Shown here: piece after piece, positions 9,048 to 19,776 of the stretch
Layout of the letters: every line of letters starts with the position of its first letter
Position numbering within the stretch: the first letter of the stretch is position 1
From: Eubacteriales bacterium
Lineage (GTDB): Bacteria; Bacillota; Clostridia; Oscillospirales; CAG-272
NCBI GenBank assembly: GCA_045536775.1
Contig: JAZSOD010000085.1
Coordinates: 10,281-74,280, forward strand
DNA length: 64,000 bases
Reading direction: 5' to 3'
Program-made: the position numbers and the translations under genes
Notes under the pieces: model-generated
The model's input: the letters and a program-made list of their open reading frames with translations, nothing else
What the model was told of the DNA's origin: nothing
Databases searched by the model: none

Positions 9048-9748
9048 TGCTTGATTTCGAGGAAATTAGAACAAATTACAAAAAAATCAAATCTGACATA
9101 TCTGAGTTAACCAATAAGAACGTCGCTATTATGGCTGTAACGAAAAATCAACCTGTAGAGGCGATCAATTTTGCCATTAACGAGCTTGGGATATCGTATA
9201 TCGGAGAAAACCGCGTCCAAGAGCTTGTTGAAAAATATGACAAGATCCGCTTCCCTGATGACCGAAAGATAGAAATTCATTTGATCGGTACTTTGCAGAC
9301 AAATAAAGTAAAATACATTGTTGACAAGGTTGATATGATTCAGTCGCTTGACTCGGTCAAGCTTGCGGCTGAGATCGATAAACGGTGCAAAGCCATCAAT
9401 AAGGTTATGGACGTGCTTGTCGAGGTCAATATAGGCCGCGAGCCTCAAAAAGGCGGAATCTTACCCGAAGACATAGACTCTTTCCTGAACGAACTTGCGT
9501 CTCTTAATAACATAAGAGTGCGTGGCTTCATGACTGTAGCCCCGAAAATTGACGATTTCAATAAAAAAATTGAATATTTTTCAGAAACTTATAAATATTT
9601 TATTGACAATTCGCAAAAAAACATTCATAATATATGTATGGACACGATTTCGATGGGTATGAGCGACAGCTATCGCGAGGCTGTGATAGCGGGCTCGACG
9701 TTGATTCGAGTCGGCACCCTCCTTTTTGGAGAAAGAAATTATAAATAA
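9047..9748 (+). CDS. yggS: YggS/YlmE-family pyridoxal-phosphate homeostasis protein
   Basis: 233 aa with the PLP-Lys context AVTKNQP, then HLIGTLQTNKVKY, SMGMSDSY and IRVGTLLFG. The start overlaps the upstream stop (ATGA-type junction). Confidence 0.9.
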   Translation: MLDFEEIRTNYKKIKSDISELTNKNVAIMAVTKNQPVEAINFAINELGISYIGENRVQELVEKYDKIRFPDDRKIEIHLIGTLQTNKVKYIVDKVDMIQSLDSVKLAAEIDKRCKAINKVMDVLVEVNIGREPQKGGILPEDIDSFLNELASLNNIRVRGFMTVAPKIDDFNKKIEYFSETYKYFIDNSQKNIHNICMDTISMGMSDSYREAVIAGSTLIRVGTLLFGERNYK

Positions 9749-9766
9749 ATTTATCGGAGGATAAAA

Positions 9767-10183
9767 ATGGGAATATTTGATTCATTAAAAAAGAAATTTG
9801 ACGAAAAGGCTGCAGACGACGTAATTGACGCGATCGATGACGAAGGATATGCTATCGACGGCGAATACGATTATGAAGAAGACGATACAACTTCCATAAC
9901 CAGTGCTGCCCTTCAGCTCAAAGTAGTTAAGCCCGAATCTTATGATGACGTAACTCAGATAGCTACTCATCTTCTTCAGGGAATGACAGTTGTTCTCAAC
10001 CTTGAAAACACAAATAAGGAAACCGCCAGACGTCTTATCGATTTCCTTTCCGGCGTAGTTTTCTCTATTCAGGGACACTTCAAGAACGTTGCGGTTAACA
10101 CGTTCATTATCACACCTCACGACGTTGACGTTACAGGAGATCCTCTCGCTGCTGCCGAGACTGACGAGGAAGTTGACGAATAA
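9767..10183 (+). CDS. sepF: Cell division protein SepF
   Basis: 138 aa. The core VVKPESYDDVTQIATHLLQGMTVVLNLENTNKETARRLIDFLSGVVFSIQG is typical of SepF. Confidence 0.9.
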   Translation: MGIFDSLKKKFDEKAADDVIDAIDDEGYAIDGEYDYEEDDTTSITSAALQLKVVKPESYDDVTQIATHLLQGMTVVLNLENTNKETARRLIDFLSGVVFSIQGHFKNVAVNTFIITPHDVDVTGDPLAAAETDEEVDE

Positions 10184-10211
10184 CCTATAAGGGACGTTTG
10201 GTTAATTCCAA

Positions 10212-10505
10212 GTGGCTAACATAAAATTTACGTTTATGTATTTATTCACAAGCATAATCGACGTGTTTCTTTCTCTTACACTCTTTATGATGCTTGTGAG
10301 GGTCATACTATCCTGGTTGCCCATCTCTGAAGATAACGCAATCGATGAATTTGTATATATGGTGACGGAGCCGTTTATTATACCTATAAGGATTATTTTT
10401 GATAGGTTTAATATTTTGAACGGCCTGCCGATCGACATACCGTTTTTTGTATCATACGTACTCCTTACTTTTTTGCAGAGATTCGTTTCATTTATCAGAG
10501 GTTAG
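10212..10505 (+). CDS. YggT/YlmG-family membrane protein
   Basis: 97 aa with a GTG start. It has two TM helices with the motif MLVRVILSWLP, and sits in the conserved position after sepF. Confidence 0.8.
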   Translation: MANIKFTFMYLFTSIIDVFLSLTLFMMLVRVILSWLPISEDNAIDEFVYMVTEPFIIPIRIIFDRFNILNGLPIDIPFFVSYVLLTFLQRFVSFIRG

Positions 10506-10506
10506 T

Positions 10507-11349
10507 ATGCACAAGGACTTGTCTTTCCTGAATTTTTCGGACGATGAGGAACGCAGAACTGTTTCGCACGCGCTCGATTTGGCTTACAGAGCAATCGATT
10601 CGGACGTATGCGCATCTGCGTTTCTTAATGTTCGTGAACAAAATCTTGTAAAAACCGCCCTTGAATCGGACGGTTCTTTCTGTTTTTCTTTTTATGGCGG
10701 TTATCCGGAGTTTGAGAGAGGTATACTTCTCTGCTTACCCGAGTATATGGCGTATTCGTCTTTTATGGCGTCCGGTTATATTCCCGCTGAACGGGATAAT
10801 CTGCCTGTTATTTCTGATATTGCGACCGATTATATAACTCTATTGAAAATATCTTGTTCTTCATTTACGTCTTTAACGCACCGCGATTATATGGGAGCAT
10901 TACTCAGTCTCGGAATCGAACGCTCATCAATTGGCGATATAGTCGTCAACGGAGAGCACGAGGCTTTTGTTTTTGTGTTGTCCAAAATGTCTGCTTTCAT
11001 AGTTAACGAACTTAAAGAAGTGGGGCGTACACCCGTTAAGGTCGCTCAAAGAAGCTTGTCCGAAGCTGTCAAAATCAAGCAAAATCTTCGTACCTTCGAC
11101 ACAGTGTCTACTTCACTCAGACTCGATTGTGTAGTTTCGTCTCTAACCGGAATGTCAAGAGACAAGGCCAAGAGCATGGTTTCGTCGGGGCTTGTCGAGC
11201 ATAATTACTATTCAAAATCAAAGCCGGATTCGGAAATTAATGCTTCTGACATAATATCTGTCAGAGGTTGGGGAAAGTATCGAATAATAAGCACTGATAC
11301 AAAAACCGGCAAGGGCAAGTTCAGACTTAAAGCTGCAAAATACATTTAA
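10507..11349 (+). CDS. YlmH-like S4-domain RNA-binding protein
   Basis: The track ORF starts at 10447 and overlaps yggT. I prefer ATG 10507 (MHKDLSF...), which follows AGAGG. The C-terminal part is S4-like (SRDKAKSMVSSGLVEHNY...DIISVRGWGKYRI). Synteny is sepF-yggT-ylmH-divIVA. Confidence 0.7.
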   Translation: MHKDLSFLNFSDDEERRTVSHALDLAYRAIDSDVCASAFLNVREQNLVKTALESDGSFCFSFYGGYPEFERGILLCLPEYMAYSSFMASGYIPAERDNLPVISDIATDYITLLKISCSSFTSLTHRDYMGALLSLGIERSSIGDIVVNGEHEAFVFVLSKMSAFIVNELKEVGRTPVKVAQRSLSEAVKIKQNLRTFDTVSTSLRLDCVVSSLTGMSRDKAKSMVSSGLVEHNYYSKSKPDSEINASDIISVRGWGKYRIISTDTKTGKGKFRLKAAKYI

Positions 11350-11362
11350 CAGAGGTATAAAA

Positions 11363-12088
11363 ATGCTAAAGCCAAGTGAGTTAAAAAACAAAACGTTTTC
11401 TAAGTCCGTAAGAGGATATAGTATCACCGAAGTCGATGAATATATGGATTTCGTCTTAGAAAAATATACCGAGATTTTCAGAAAGAATTTTGAACTTGAA
11501 CAACAGCTCCGTGCAGCTCTTGAAGTCAAAAATGAGCTTGAGGGCGAAAAGGACTCCGTTCGCGGAGCCCTCCTTAATGCACAAAAAGTTGCCGCTAAAA
11601 TCGTCGAAAAGGCTAACGAACGCGCCGAAGGTATTATTGATTCCGCGAAAACAGGATGTAACACTATACTTGAAGATTTCAACGTTCAGATAGACGCGGA
11701 AAGAGAGACTTTGCTAAGTCTCAAAAAACAGGTTGCAGAATTAAAGAAAGATCTCTTTGAAAAATATAAAGAACACATTGAGCTTATAGAAAAAATGACT
11801 TCAGTTACGGATTCCGTAAAAATTAAAACAAGCGAAGAATACTTGAATGATGCTGTTATAAAGACCCGAGAAGAACTCGAAAAAAGAAAAGCAGGTGTAG
11901 CTCCTAAAGTTAAGATTAATTTCGATATGGAAATAACCGCAGAAGCTCCCAAGGTATCCCTCGATCCTGACGAGCTCTTTGAGGGCGGAGACACGGTCGT
12001 TTTCGAAAGAATAACGGAACATCTTAGTACAGAGCCCGACATCAGCGACACTAAGGTTATAGACGCTGTAAAAATTGACGATAAATAA
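11363..12088 (+). CDS. divIVA: DivIVA-domain protein
   Basis: The N-terminal MLKPSELKNKTFSKSVRGYSITEVDEYMDFV is the DivIVA lipid-binding motif. A coiled-coil region follows. Confidence 0.85.
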   Translation: MLKPSELKNKTFSKSVRGYSITEVDEYMDFVLEKYTEIFRKNFELEQQLRAALEVKNELEGEKDSVRGALLNAQKVAAKIVEKANERAEGIIDSAKTGCNTILEDFNVQIDAERETLLSLKKQVAELKKDLFEKYKEHIELIEKMTSVTDSVKIKTSEEYLNDAVIKTREELEKRKAGVAPKVKINFDMEITAEAPKVSLDPDELFEGGDTVVFERITEHLSTEPDISDTKVIDAVKIDDK

Positions 12089-12579
12089 TGAAAAAGGTTT
12101 CAAATAAATTGATATCGGCAGCCATCGTTTTGATCTCGGTTTTGCTTGATACCCTCTCTAAAAACCTCGCGATACTATCGCTTAAGGATACGGGAGAAAT
12201 CGAGTTTGCTGCCATTCCCGGAATATTTCATTTTACATATCATGAAAACAGAGGTGCAGCCTTTGGTATGCTATCCGAAAACCGTTGGATATTTATGACA
12301 ATATCTTCGATCGCTATCGTTGCAATAGCTTTGTACCTCTTTTTTAACAAAGAAAACTCTCTTTTACTCTCTGTTTCCCTCTCTATGATCCTTGGAGGCG
12401 GTATCGGAAATATGATAGACAGAGTTTTTCTTGGATACGTAGTTGATTTTATAAATTTTAAGGTCATAAACTTCCCTATTTTCAATCTTGCCGATACATT
12501 TGTAACGATAGGGGCAGCTCTGATGATTCTTTATATGTTCAAACAAGAAAACGATAAGGATGCGCAGGGGACCAATTAG
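12088..12579 (+). CDS. lspA: Lipoprotein signal peptidase (signal peptidase II)
   Basis: 163 aa with four TM segments, NRGAAFG, and GNMIDRVFLGYVVDFI...FNLAD (the catalytic Asp motifs). Confidence 0.9.
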   Translation: MKKVSNKLISAAIVLISVLLDTLSKNLAILSLKDTGEIEFAAIPGIFHFTYHENRGAAFGMLSENRWIFMTISSIAIVAIALYLFFNKENSLLLSVSLSMILGGGIGNMIDRVFLGYVVDFINFKVINFPIFNLADTFVTIGAALMILYMFKQENDKDAQGTN

Positions 12580-12600
12580 CTCCCCTGCATTTTCAATAAT

Positions 12601-13539
12601 ATGAGTGAAATCATTACACTTAACGCACACTCTGAAAATTGCGGCGAACGCATAGACGTCTATATTTCAAATCAATGCGAAATAACTCGCTCAGCTGCAC
12701 AAAAACTTTTGTCAGACGGTAACGTAACCGTTTGCTGTAAAAAAGTGAAGAAGAATTACAGGCTCGCCGATGGCGACGCTCTGCAGATACTGCTTCCCGA
12801 GCCTGAACTTCTCGATGTTGTGCCTCAGGATATACCCGTGGACATAGTTTATGAGGACGAGCATCTTTTGGTAGTTAATAAACCTAAGGGTATGGTTGTC
12901 CACCCTGCGCCCGGCAATCCTGATAAAACGCTAGTCAATGCTCTGATGTTTCACTGCAAGGGTTCTCTTTCGTCTATAAACGGTGTTATCAGACCGGGTA
13001 TAGTACACAGAATTGATAAAGATACAAGCGGTTTGCTTATAGTGGCAAAAAGCGATGCCGCCCACACCGGTCTTGCAGAACAAATCAAAAAGCATTCATT
13101 TACAAGAGTATATAATGCTATAGTTGCGGGAAATCTTACGAAAGCCGATGGCGTTATAGATGCACCCATAGCACGTCACCCTGTTGACCGCAAGAGAATG
13201 TCGGTACAACATAATGAGCAAGCAAAAAGAGCTGTAACTCACTACAAAGTTCTTGAAAATCTGGGGCGTTACAATTACGTTGAACTCAAGCTTGAAACAG
13301 GACGAACACATCAGATACGCGTTCATATGTCAAGCATCGGTCATCCCGTTATAGGAGACCCTGTTTACAAAACCACCTTCGATAAATTCGAAAGATCAAA
13401 CGCTGATATTCTTCGAGGTCAATGCCTGCATGCTCGCGAAATTGGCTTTGAACATCCGATCACGGGCGTATATATGCACTTTGATTCAGGGTTACCCGAG
13501 TATTTCAAAGCTGTACTTGAAAAAATCAGGAAATTATGA
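12601..13539 (+). CDS. rluD: RluA-family 23S rRNA pseudouridine synthase (RluD-like)
   Basis: N-terminal S4 domain, catalytic motif HRIDKDTSGLLIVAK, and GRTHQIRVHM. Confidence 0.9.
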   Translation: MSEIITLNAHSENCGERIDVYISNQCEITRSAAQKLLSDGNVTVCCKKVKKNYRLADGDALQILLPEPELLDVVPQDIPVDIVYEDEHLLVVNKPKGMVVHPAPGNPDKTLVNALMFHCKGSLSSINGVIRPGIVHRIDKDTSGLLIVAKSDAAHTGLAEQIKKHSFTRVYNAIVAGNLTKADGVIDAPIARHPVDRKRMSVQHNEQAKRAVTHYKVLENLGRYNYVELKLETGRTHQIRVHMSSIGHPVIGDPVYKTTFDKFERSNADILRGQCLHAREIGFEHPITGVYMHFDSGLPEYFKAVLEKIRKL

Positions 13540-13586
13540 TATACTTCATAGACTTAATATCAAAAACATAAAACATAAGAGGCGTT

Positions 13587-14402
13587 ATGAAATTTGAAAA
13601 CAAATTAATCGTTAGCGATCTTGACGGTACTTTTTTTGATTCCGAAGCAGGAATGGTTGGCATTAACATAGACGCCATTAATTACTTCAAGGAAAACGGC
13701 GGTTATTTTACGTTTGCAACCGGTAGAAACGAGTTAACATTAGAGCCCGATGTAATAAAGCTTGTAAATGCTCCTATAATTTGCTGTAACGGCTCTTACT
13801 TATATGACTCCGAAAGCGACCGCAGGATAAGAGAAATCTGCATTGCACCGGGTCCCTTACTTTCAATGATAAAAACCGTTTTATCAAGCTTTTCCGATAT
13901 AGGAGTAAGAGTAACTGCTGACACAAAATATTACGTTATCGGTGAATCTCTGAAGCAAAACCTTAAACGAATCAGTGCAAACCCCGAGCTTTTCGTCGTT
14001 ACTGACGCAGACAATCTTCCTACATACGATTGGCACAAGGTTGTTTTTGTTGGAGATGAGGAAAATCTTGATCTTGCCTCTAAGTTTATAAAAGTTAAAG
14101 CAGAAGGGCTGTATCAGATCGCACGTTCTTCACCAACCCAACTTGAAATTTTCAATCTTAAAGCGACTAAAGGTATCGGAGCACTCGAGGTCAAGCATAT
14201 GCTTGAAGCCAGACACGGTCCCATTTCTATGTACGGTATCGGTGATTATGAAAACGATATTGATTTGTTGAAAGTCTCTGATGTTGCGGCGTGTCCCGAA
14301 AACGCTCTGAAAGAAGTCAAGCTTTTTTCGGACGTAGTTGTTTGTTCGAACGATAACGGCGCCGTTGCAGGACTTATAGAATACATAGACTCATTGATAT
14401 AA
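13587..14402 (+). CDS. Cof-type HAD-IIB phosphatase
   Basis: Motif I is VSDLDGTF. It also has ATGR and a GDYENDIDLL motif with a cap-domain insertion. Confidence 0.8.
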   Translation: MKFENKLIVSDLDGTFFDSEAGMVGINIDAINYFKENGGYFTFATGRNELTLEPDVIKLVNAPIICCNGSYLYDSESDRRIREICIAPGPLLSMIKTVLSSFSDIGVRVTADTKYYVIGESLKQNLKRISANPELFVVTDADNLPTYDWHKVVFVGDEENLDLASKFIKVKAEGLYQIARSSPTQLEIFNLKATKGIGALEVKHMLEARHGPISMYGIGDYENDIDLLKVSDVAACPENALKEVKLFSDVVVCSNDNGAVAGLIEYIDSLI

Positions 14403-14405
14403 AAA

Positions 14406-14440
14406 ATGAACCTTTGCGACTGCAAAGGTTCATTTTTTTA
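14406..14440. terminator. Bidirectional terminator between the HAD gene and the recombinase gene
   Basis: ATGAACCTTTGC-GACT-GCAAAGGTTCAT, a 12-bp perfect stem flanked by A6 on the left and T7 on the right. It overlaps the recombinase stop codon at 14430. Confidence 0.85.
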
Positions 14441-15440
14441 TATCTGCCATTGGATTTGCTTCGGCTGCGGCTCTCATAGAATCGTCGCTTACGTGAGTGT
14501 ATATCTGGGTAGTATTTAGTTGCTCGTGCCCAAGTATGTCCTTGAGTACTCTTACGTCTACCTTGCCTGTCCTGTACATTAGCGTTGCCGCTGTATGACG
14601 CAGCTTGTGTACAGACATTTTTTTGTTTTCAAGTCCTGCTCGTTCAAGATATTTTTTTACTACCCACTGCACCGTTTTCACGCTGATCCTTGTTCCGAGC
14701 CTGCTTAAAAATAATGCGTTCGTATCTTTAATATCAAGTCTTTTGTTCTGAACGCTCAAATGAGAAGTGATAGACGTCTTGCAAGCATTATTCAGATATA
14801 AAACTCTCTCCTTGGAGCCCTTTCCGACTACTCTTACCGTAGACAGATCAGCGCTGATATCTGTTTTGTTTATTCCGACAAGCTCGGACAAACGCATTCC
14901 ACAGTTGAGAAAAAGCGTTATTATTGCATAATCTCTGTCAACAAACGGCGACTCTTCATCCTCCGCTACCGCATTTAGCAGAAGCTGGGCTTCTTCAAGT
15001 GTCAAAAATTTTGGTAGGCTTTTCTTGGGCTTCGGACTTTCTATATCTTTTACAGGATTGTGATCCGTTAAATGCATTTTAACGGTAACGTATTTAAAAA
15101 AATTTTTTACCGCAGATAGCTTCCTCGCTCTTGCACACCATTCGTTTCCCCGTATGCTTTGCGCGTATATAAGATATTCATATACGTCAACGGTTGTTAT
15201 CGTGTTAAGGAAAGAAACGTCGACGCCGCTTATATCTACAGATGAAAACTCTTCATAGCTTGTGAGCTTTGCCGATGACAATCCTTTGTGTATCAACATG
15301 AATTTAAGGAAGATTCTGAGGTCTCCCGCATATTCTTCAACGGTTTTAGGAGATTTATTTTCAATAACGAGCTTGCTCATACAGTATTCTCGCACAACAG
15401 GTGGCAATCCCAAAAGTTTTGAGCTTATATCAGCGGGCAT
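14430..15440 (-). CDS. Tyrosine site-specific recombinase, XerC/XerD family
   Basis: 336 aa with RBS AAGGAGA 7 nt upstream. It has an N-terminal SAM-like core-binding domain (KSPKTVEEYAGDLRIFLKF). Catalytic motifs are GMRLSELVG, HKLRHTAAT and LGHEQLNTTQIYTHV. Confidence 0.85.
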   Translation of the reverse strand: MPADISSKLLGLPPVVREYCMSKLVIENKSPKTVEEYAGDLRIFLKFMLIHKGLSSAKLTSYEEFSSVDISGVDVSFLNTITTVDVYEYLIYAQSIRGNEWCARARKLSAVKNFFKYVTVKMHLTDHNPVKDIESPKPKKSLPKFLTLEEAQLLLNAVAEDEESPFVDRDYAIITLFLNCGMRLSELVGINKTDISADLSTVRVVGKGSKERVLYLNNACKTSITSHLSVQNKRLDIKDTNALFLSRLGTRISVKTVQWVVKKYLERAGLENKKMSVHKLRHTAATLMYRTGKVDVRVLKDILGHEQLNTTQIYTHVSDDSMRAAAEANPMADIKK

Positions 15441-15606
15441 GACAGCATCTCCTTTACTCTTCGTAGTATAATTATAATAAATTCTGCTTTGTGTGTCAAG
15501 GAAGAAATATGCAAACTAAAATTATATAAACTGTAAACTTTTAAATTCCTTGCTTGAAAAAAACAAACGAATAGTGTAAAATTACCTAAAGAAATGAGGT
15601 AATTTT

Positions 15607-16155
15607 ATGTTTTCGTTTTATAAAAACAATTCCGACTCTATCGTAAAGCTGTTTGTTAATCAGCTTGGAATGACCATATTCGGTCACCTTCTGTTTGCAG
15701 CTACGTTTAAAACCGATCTGAGAATTGCAACAGGATTTCTATCTGCGCTGTTTTATCTCTATTTAGTATACTGCACCGGATGGGACGCCGGAGCAAAGGA
15801 TAAAATCAAAGTGGATGGCGGCAGAACTGAAAAATGCAGTCACAAAGGCTTTTTGCTCGGCTTAGCCGCCAACGGACTGTATATACTATTATCAATAGTA
15901 AACCTTTTGTTCTATTTCCTCGGCTTTTGGGAATGGACGTCAGGCATCAGCGCAACAGCTTATACCGTCTCGACTTTACTCAACGGTATGTATGCCTCAT
16001 TCTTCACGTTGCCGCAAACTCCTCTTTTCAAGTTCTTGGCGCTTTCTGCGTTCGTTTTTCCTGCAATTTTAGTCACGGGATTGTCCTATTACTCAGGAAG
16101 CAAGAATTTCAGACTATTAGCCTTCTTAGGCTTGACTAAAAACTCAAGAAAATAA
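15607..16155 (+). CDS. Hypothetical polytopic membrane protein
   Basis: 182 aa with RBS GAGGT and about 5 predicted TM helices. I recognise no motif. Confidence 0.5.
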   Translation: MFSFYKNNSDSIVKLFVNQLGMTIFGHLLFAATFKTDLRIATGFLSALFYLYLVYCTGWDAGAKDKIKVDGGRTEKCSHKGFLLGLAANGLYILLSIVNLLFYFLGFWEWTSGISATAYTVSTLLNGMYASFFTLPQTPLFKFLALSAFVFPAILVTGLSYYSGSKNFRLLAFLGLTKNSRK

Positions 16156-16157
16156 CT

Positions 16158-16190
16158 AAAAGCAGACGTTAATATAGCGTCTGCTTTTAA
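16158..16190 (+). terminator. Rho-independent terminator
   Basis: AAAAGCAGACG-TTAATATAG-CGTCTGCTTTT followed by T-rich sequence, immediately after the stop at 16155. Confidence 0.8.
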
Positions 16191-16275
16191 TGTTAACAAA
16201 AAATTTTCTTTTTGTGTCCTTTTAGTATATAATATTATTTTAAAATATTATAAATATGCTTTACAGAGGAAAACA

Positions 16276-17271
16276 ATGAATTTACTCCTTACGAATAAAA
16301 AAATCCCAATAACGAAGCTTATAATCGTGCTACTTGTCGGCATTTTTTCCATACTCATAACAAGAATTTCGTTTATGCCGTTTTTATCACTTGTTTCGGT
16401 AGCTGTCTCGGTTGCCTGCTTTAGCTACGTTGTGTTCTACTTGGGTCTTTATTCATTGATTCCCGTATTAACCGTGTTTTTTGCCGTTTTTTTCTTTGAA
16501 AATTCAGTATCAGCAATTTACGCCTCTTCCTTTATTTTGCCTGCGTTCGCCGCAGGGTTTGCCTTGAGAAATAGAAAAAAGCCGGTTACAGTAATTCTTT
16601 ATGTCACTATTTCTTACCTGCTTTACTGGGTTTCTGCTTATATTATAACTATACTTCTAACTGAGGGTTCATTTTCGTTTTCCGGACAAATTCAGTCAAT
16701 ATCGTCATCAATTGAAGATAACGCTCAAAAAATCATGGAGCTTTATACCACGATTACAGGCGAAAGTTATTCCGCTACCGACTATGTTTCTTCACTTCTC
16801 AAGGTTCTGGCGGTCGGCACTTATATTTCTTCGATAGTTGTTGAATCGTGTATAATCTATATAGCTATTGTATTAACATTTACGATCACTAAGGCTAATA
16901 CTGAAATTTCAACAGGCAGCTTGTTCGACGTTATACCTTCAAGAATAACCTCGTCAATTTACGTTATATCTCTTTTCTTCACAATGTTTTTAAGTGTCCC
17001 GACGGACGTTATAAAATACAACAGCATGCTTGCACAGAACCTTCTTCTCATTCTAACCCCTATACTTATCTTTTCCGGAATATATTATATATTTACGATT
17101 AAATTCAAGGTTGAACATTCAAGTCCGTTCGTAATGATTCTGGCGTTTATATCATCAATTTTCGGTGCGTTTCCGATTTTTATTTTTTACCTTGCTTTGT
17201 CCGGAGTAAAATACTCTTTCAAATACAGCAATCTCAAAAAAATTGAGGAGGCAAAATATGATCAAAAATAA
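16276..17271 (+). CDS. YybS-like (DUF2232) polytopic membrane protein
   Basis: 331 aa with many TM helices. It sits in the conserved Firmicute order yybS-gdpP(yybT)-rplI-dnaB(dnaC). Confidence 0.6.
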   Translation: MNLLLTNKKIPITKLIIVLLVGIFSILITRISFMPFLSLVSVAVSVACFSYVVFYLGLYSLIPVLTVFFAVFFFENSVSAIYASSFILPAFAAGFALRNRKKPVTVILYVTISYLLYWVSAYIITILLTEGSFSFSGQIQSISSSIEDNAQKIMELYTTITGESYSATDYVSSLLKVLAVGTYISSIVVESCIIYIAIVLTFTITKANTEISTGSLFDVIPSRITSSIYVISLFFTMFLSVPTDVIKYNSMLAQNLLLILTPILIFSGIYYIFTIKFKVEHSSPFVMILAFISSIFGAFPIFIFYLALSGVKYSFKYSNLKKIEEAKYDQK

Positions 17272-19285
17272 AGAAAACAAAAAAATCAACGTTAAGCTTT
17301 TGATTAAACTTGCTCTTAACTTTACGGTGTTTATTATTTTTGCGTTAATATTGCGTTCAAAAGAAGTGAATGCTTTACTAATCGCTATTGTTATGTTTGC
17401 TCTGAATACTGCCCTATGGTTTGCAACAGACAGTCTATACGAGTTTTTTTCTTTGAAGTTGACAGGAAAATCGGGAGATCTTAACGACCCTATTCTTCAA
17501 AACATTACACTTCAATTTATCAAAGAACTGTATCTTCCTATACTTATTTGCTCTGAATCGGGAAAAATAATTTACTGTAACGATTCTCTTTACAAACAAG
17601 TTCCTATCAAGAGCGGTGCTCAGTTTCCTAAAAATATAGAGGAGCTTTGCAACACTGATATTAGTTCTATTGTTGAATCCGATGTGCCTGCGGGTGTTGA
17701 AGCAAGTGCTTTTAACAAAGTCTTCAACATCAAGGGATATAAGATAGAGGCTCAACACAGTCCGTACTACATTACGATTTGGAATGAAAGAACCGATTAC
17801 GCTAAGCTTAATAAACGCTTAGCAGACGAGCAAACGGTTGTTGCGTACATTCTTATAGACAACCTGGACGAATTAAATCAAGCTGTTAACGAAAAGACGC
17901 GTGAGGCTTCTCATCAGGTAGAGGTAACTCTTAAAGAATGGGCATCTGAGGTCGGAGGAATCATCAAGGAATATGAAAAGAACAAATATATTTTCATATT
18001 TGAATCCCGTTATCTCGACAGATTCATCGAAGATAAGTTCAGAATTCGCGAAAAGATCCATGATATTAAGGTCGGCGAAACAAATCTTTCGCTTACTATC
18101 TCTATAGGTGCTGCGCGTTTTCCCGGAACTTTGGCACAAAGAGAAAGCGGCGCACGCGCAGCTCTCGAATTCGCGCTCAAACGCGGAGGAGATACGGCTG
18201 TTTATAATAACGGTAACGAAAACGTATCATTTGATGGCAGAGTCAAGACTACCTCTAAGTCTACTCAGGTAAGAGCAAGAATGACCGCCGCAAGAATATG
18301 CGAAATGATGAAAACGGCCGGGAACGTTCTTATAATGGGCCATAAAAACCCCGATTATGACTCAATTGGTGCATGCGTAGGTATGGCTCGTCTTGCCGTT
18401 AGTTGCGGACAGTCGCCGAAGATCATCATTGACCGAGAAAATATCAACACAAAGTTGTGTCTTGATTATTTATCAACAGAAGAATATAATTCTTGGTTTA
18501 TAGATTCTGTCAGTGCACAGGATCTGGTAAGAAGTGATTCTCTTACTATTGTAGTCGATGCTAATAACGCATTAAGATTTGAGTCGCAGGATGTTGCATC
18601 AAACAGCGGTAAACTTATTATAATAGACCACCATAGCAAGCACAGAGCCAAAGATGTACCCGTTTATAAGACTGATATCGAATACATTGAGCCTTATGCT
18701 TCCTCTGCATCGGAGCTTGTCGCAGAATTCCTCGAACACACTATAACATTTGGTACACTACCACCGAAAGAGGCTCTGCTTCTTATGTCGGGCATAATTC
18801 TCGATACTAAGCAGTTTACGAGAAATACCGGTATCAGAACCTTCAGTGCTGCTCAGTATCTGCGCAGTGAGGGCGCAAGTCCTGCAGAGGCACAGGTGCT
18901 GTTTGAAAGGTCACTTGACGATTACAAACGCTCTGCAGTATGTGCAGCTGATGCCAAGATCTACCGAGAGCATTTTGCCATAGCGGCTCTCAGAGCATCC
19001 GATAACCCGGATGATAAGATCACCGCAGCAAGAGTAGCGGATATACTACTTGAGCTCAAGGGTGTTCACGCATCATTTGCAGTATTTGAGATAAATAACA
19101 TTATCCATATTTCTGCGCGTTCCACAGGCAAGATCAACGTAGCAACGATAATAGAAGGCGTCGGCGGCGGAGGCTATTATGAGTCTGCCGGAGCACAGAT
19201 CAAGGACGCTACTTTGGATCAAACGTTAGTGGCGCTCAAGGAACAGATAGACGCATATATAGACAGTACAAACAACAAGAAATAA
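17258..19285 (+). CDS. gdpP: GdpP-type DHH/DHHA1 phosphoesterase (c-di-AMP phosphodiesterase family)
   Basis: The track ORF starts at 17243. I prefer ATG 17258 after GAGGAGG. It has two N-terminal TM helices, PAS-like and degenerate GGDEF-like regions, and a DHH motif (IIIDHHSK). The DHHA1 glycine motif reads [12 protein letters not shown]. Confidence 0.85.
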   Translation: MIKNKENKKINVKLLIKLALNFTVFIIFALILRSKEVNALLIAIVMFALNTALWFATDSLYEFFSLKLTGKSGDLNDPILQNITLQFIKELYLPILICSESGKIIYCNDSLYKQVPIKSGAQFPKNIEELCNTDISSIVESDVPAGVEASAFNKVFNIKGYKIEAQHSPYYITIWNERTDYAKLNKRLADEQTVVAYILIDNLDELNQAVNEKTREASHQVEVTLKEWASEVGGIIKEYEKNKYIFIFESRYLDRFIEDKFRIREKIHDIKVGETNLSLTISIGAARFPGTLAQRESGARAALEFALKRGGDTAVYNNGNENVSFDGRVKTTSKSTQVRARMTAARICEMMKTAGNVLIMGHKNPDYDSIGACVGMARLAVSCGQSPKIIIDRENINTKLCLDYLSTEEYNSWFIDSVSAQDLVRSDSLTIVVDANNALRFESQDVASNSGKLIIIDHHSKHRAKDVPVYKTDIEYIEPYASSASELVAEFLEHTITFGTLPPKEALLLMSGIILDTKQFTRNTGIRTFSAAQYLRSEGASPAEAQVLFERSLDDYKRSAVCAADAKIYREHFAIAALRASDNPDDKITAARVADILLELKGVHASFAVFEINNIIHISARSTGKINVATIIEGVGGGGYYESAGAQIKDATLDQTLVALKEQIDAYIDSTNNKK

Positions 19286-19307
19286 CACAAAAGGCAGGAA
19301 TACAACT

Positions 19308-19757
19308 ATGAAGGTAATTCTCACACAAGATGTAAAAGCACAAGGCAAAAAAGGCCAAATAATTAATGTTTCAGACGGTTATGCTCGCAACTTTCTTTTC
19401 CCGAAGGGACTTGCGGTAGTTGCTGACAGCAAAGCACTTAACGACATAAAAAACAAAGAAGCCGCACAGAAGCACAAGATTGAGGTTGAACGAGAAGAAG
19501 CCAAAAAGCTTGCAGAAAAACTTGCACCCGTTGTTGTAAAGCTTATGCTTCAGGCGGGTCCTGACGGAAGGCTTTTTGGTTCCGTTACTTCTAAGGATAT
19601 CGCCGAAGAGCTCGAAAAGTCTACAGGCATTTCGATCGATAAAAAGAAAATTCTTCTTGATGAGCCAATAAAGAGCTACGGCTCATACACGATCGACGTA
19701 AAGCTTTATTCTGAGGTTATAGGAAAGCTCAACGTTATAGTTTCAAACATAAAGTAA
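19308..19757 (+). CDS. rplI: 50S ribosomal protein L9
   Basis: [36 protein letters not shown] is a canonical L9 N-terminus. Confidence 0.95.
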   Translation: MKVILTQDVKAQGKKGQIINVSDGYARNFLFPKGLAVVADSKALNDIKNKEAAQKHKIEVEREEAKKLAEKLAPVVVKLMLQAGPDGRLFGSVTSKDIAEELEKSTGISIDKKKILLDEPIKSYGSYTIDVKLYSEVIGKLNVIVSNIK

Positions 19758-19776
19758 TTTTTGAAGGGATAAATGT

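Noticed and set aside
15490-15560. Possible dif site next to the recombinase gene (three direct AAACT repeats, TATATAAACTGTAAACT)
   Set aside because: Only the right half loosely resembles the Bacillus dif arm (TATGTAAACT). There is no inverted left arm, and the repeats are direct, not palindromic.
14430-16155. XerC/D-family recombinase plus orphan membrane protein as a possible integrated mobile element
   Set aside because: I could find no flanking direct repeats or att-like sequences. There is no cargo, phage or transposon gene, and no adjacent tRNA. The recombinase has the domain layout of chromosomal XerC/XerD. The flanking genes are core genes with clean terminators.
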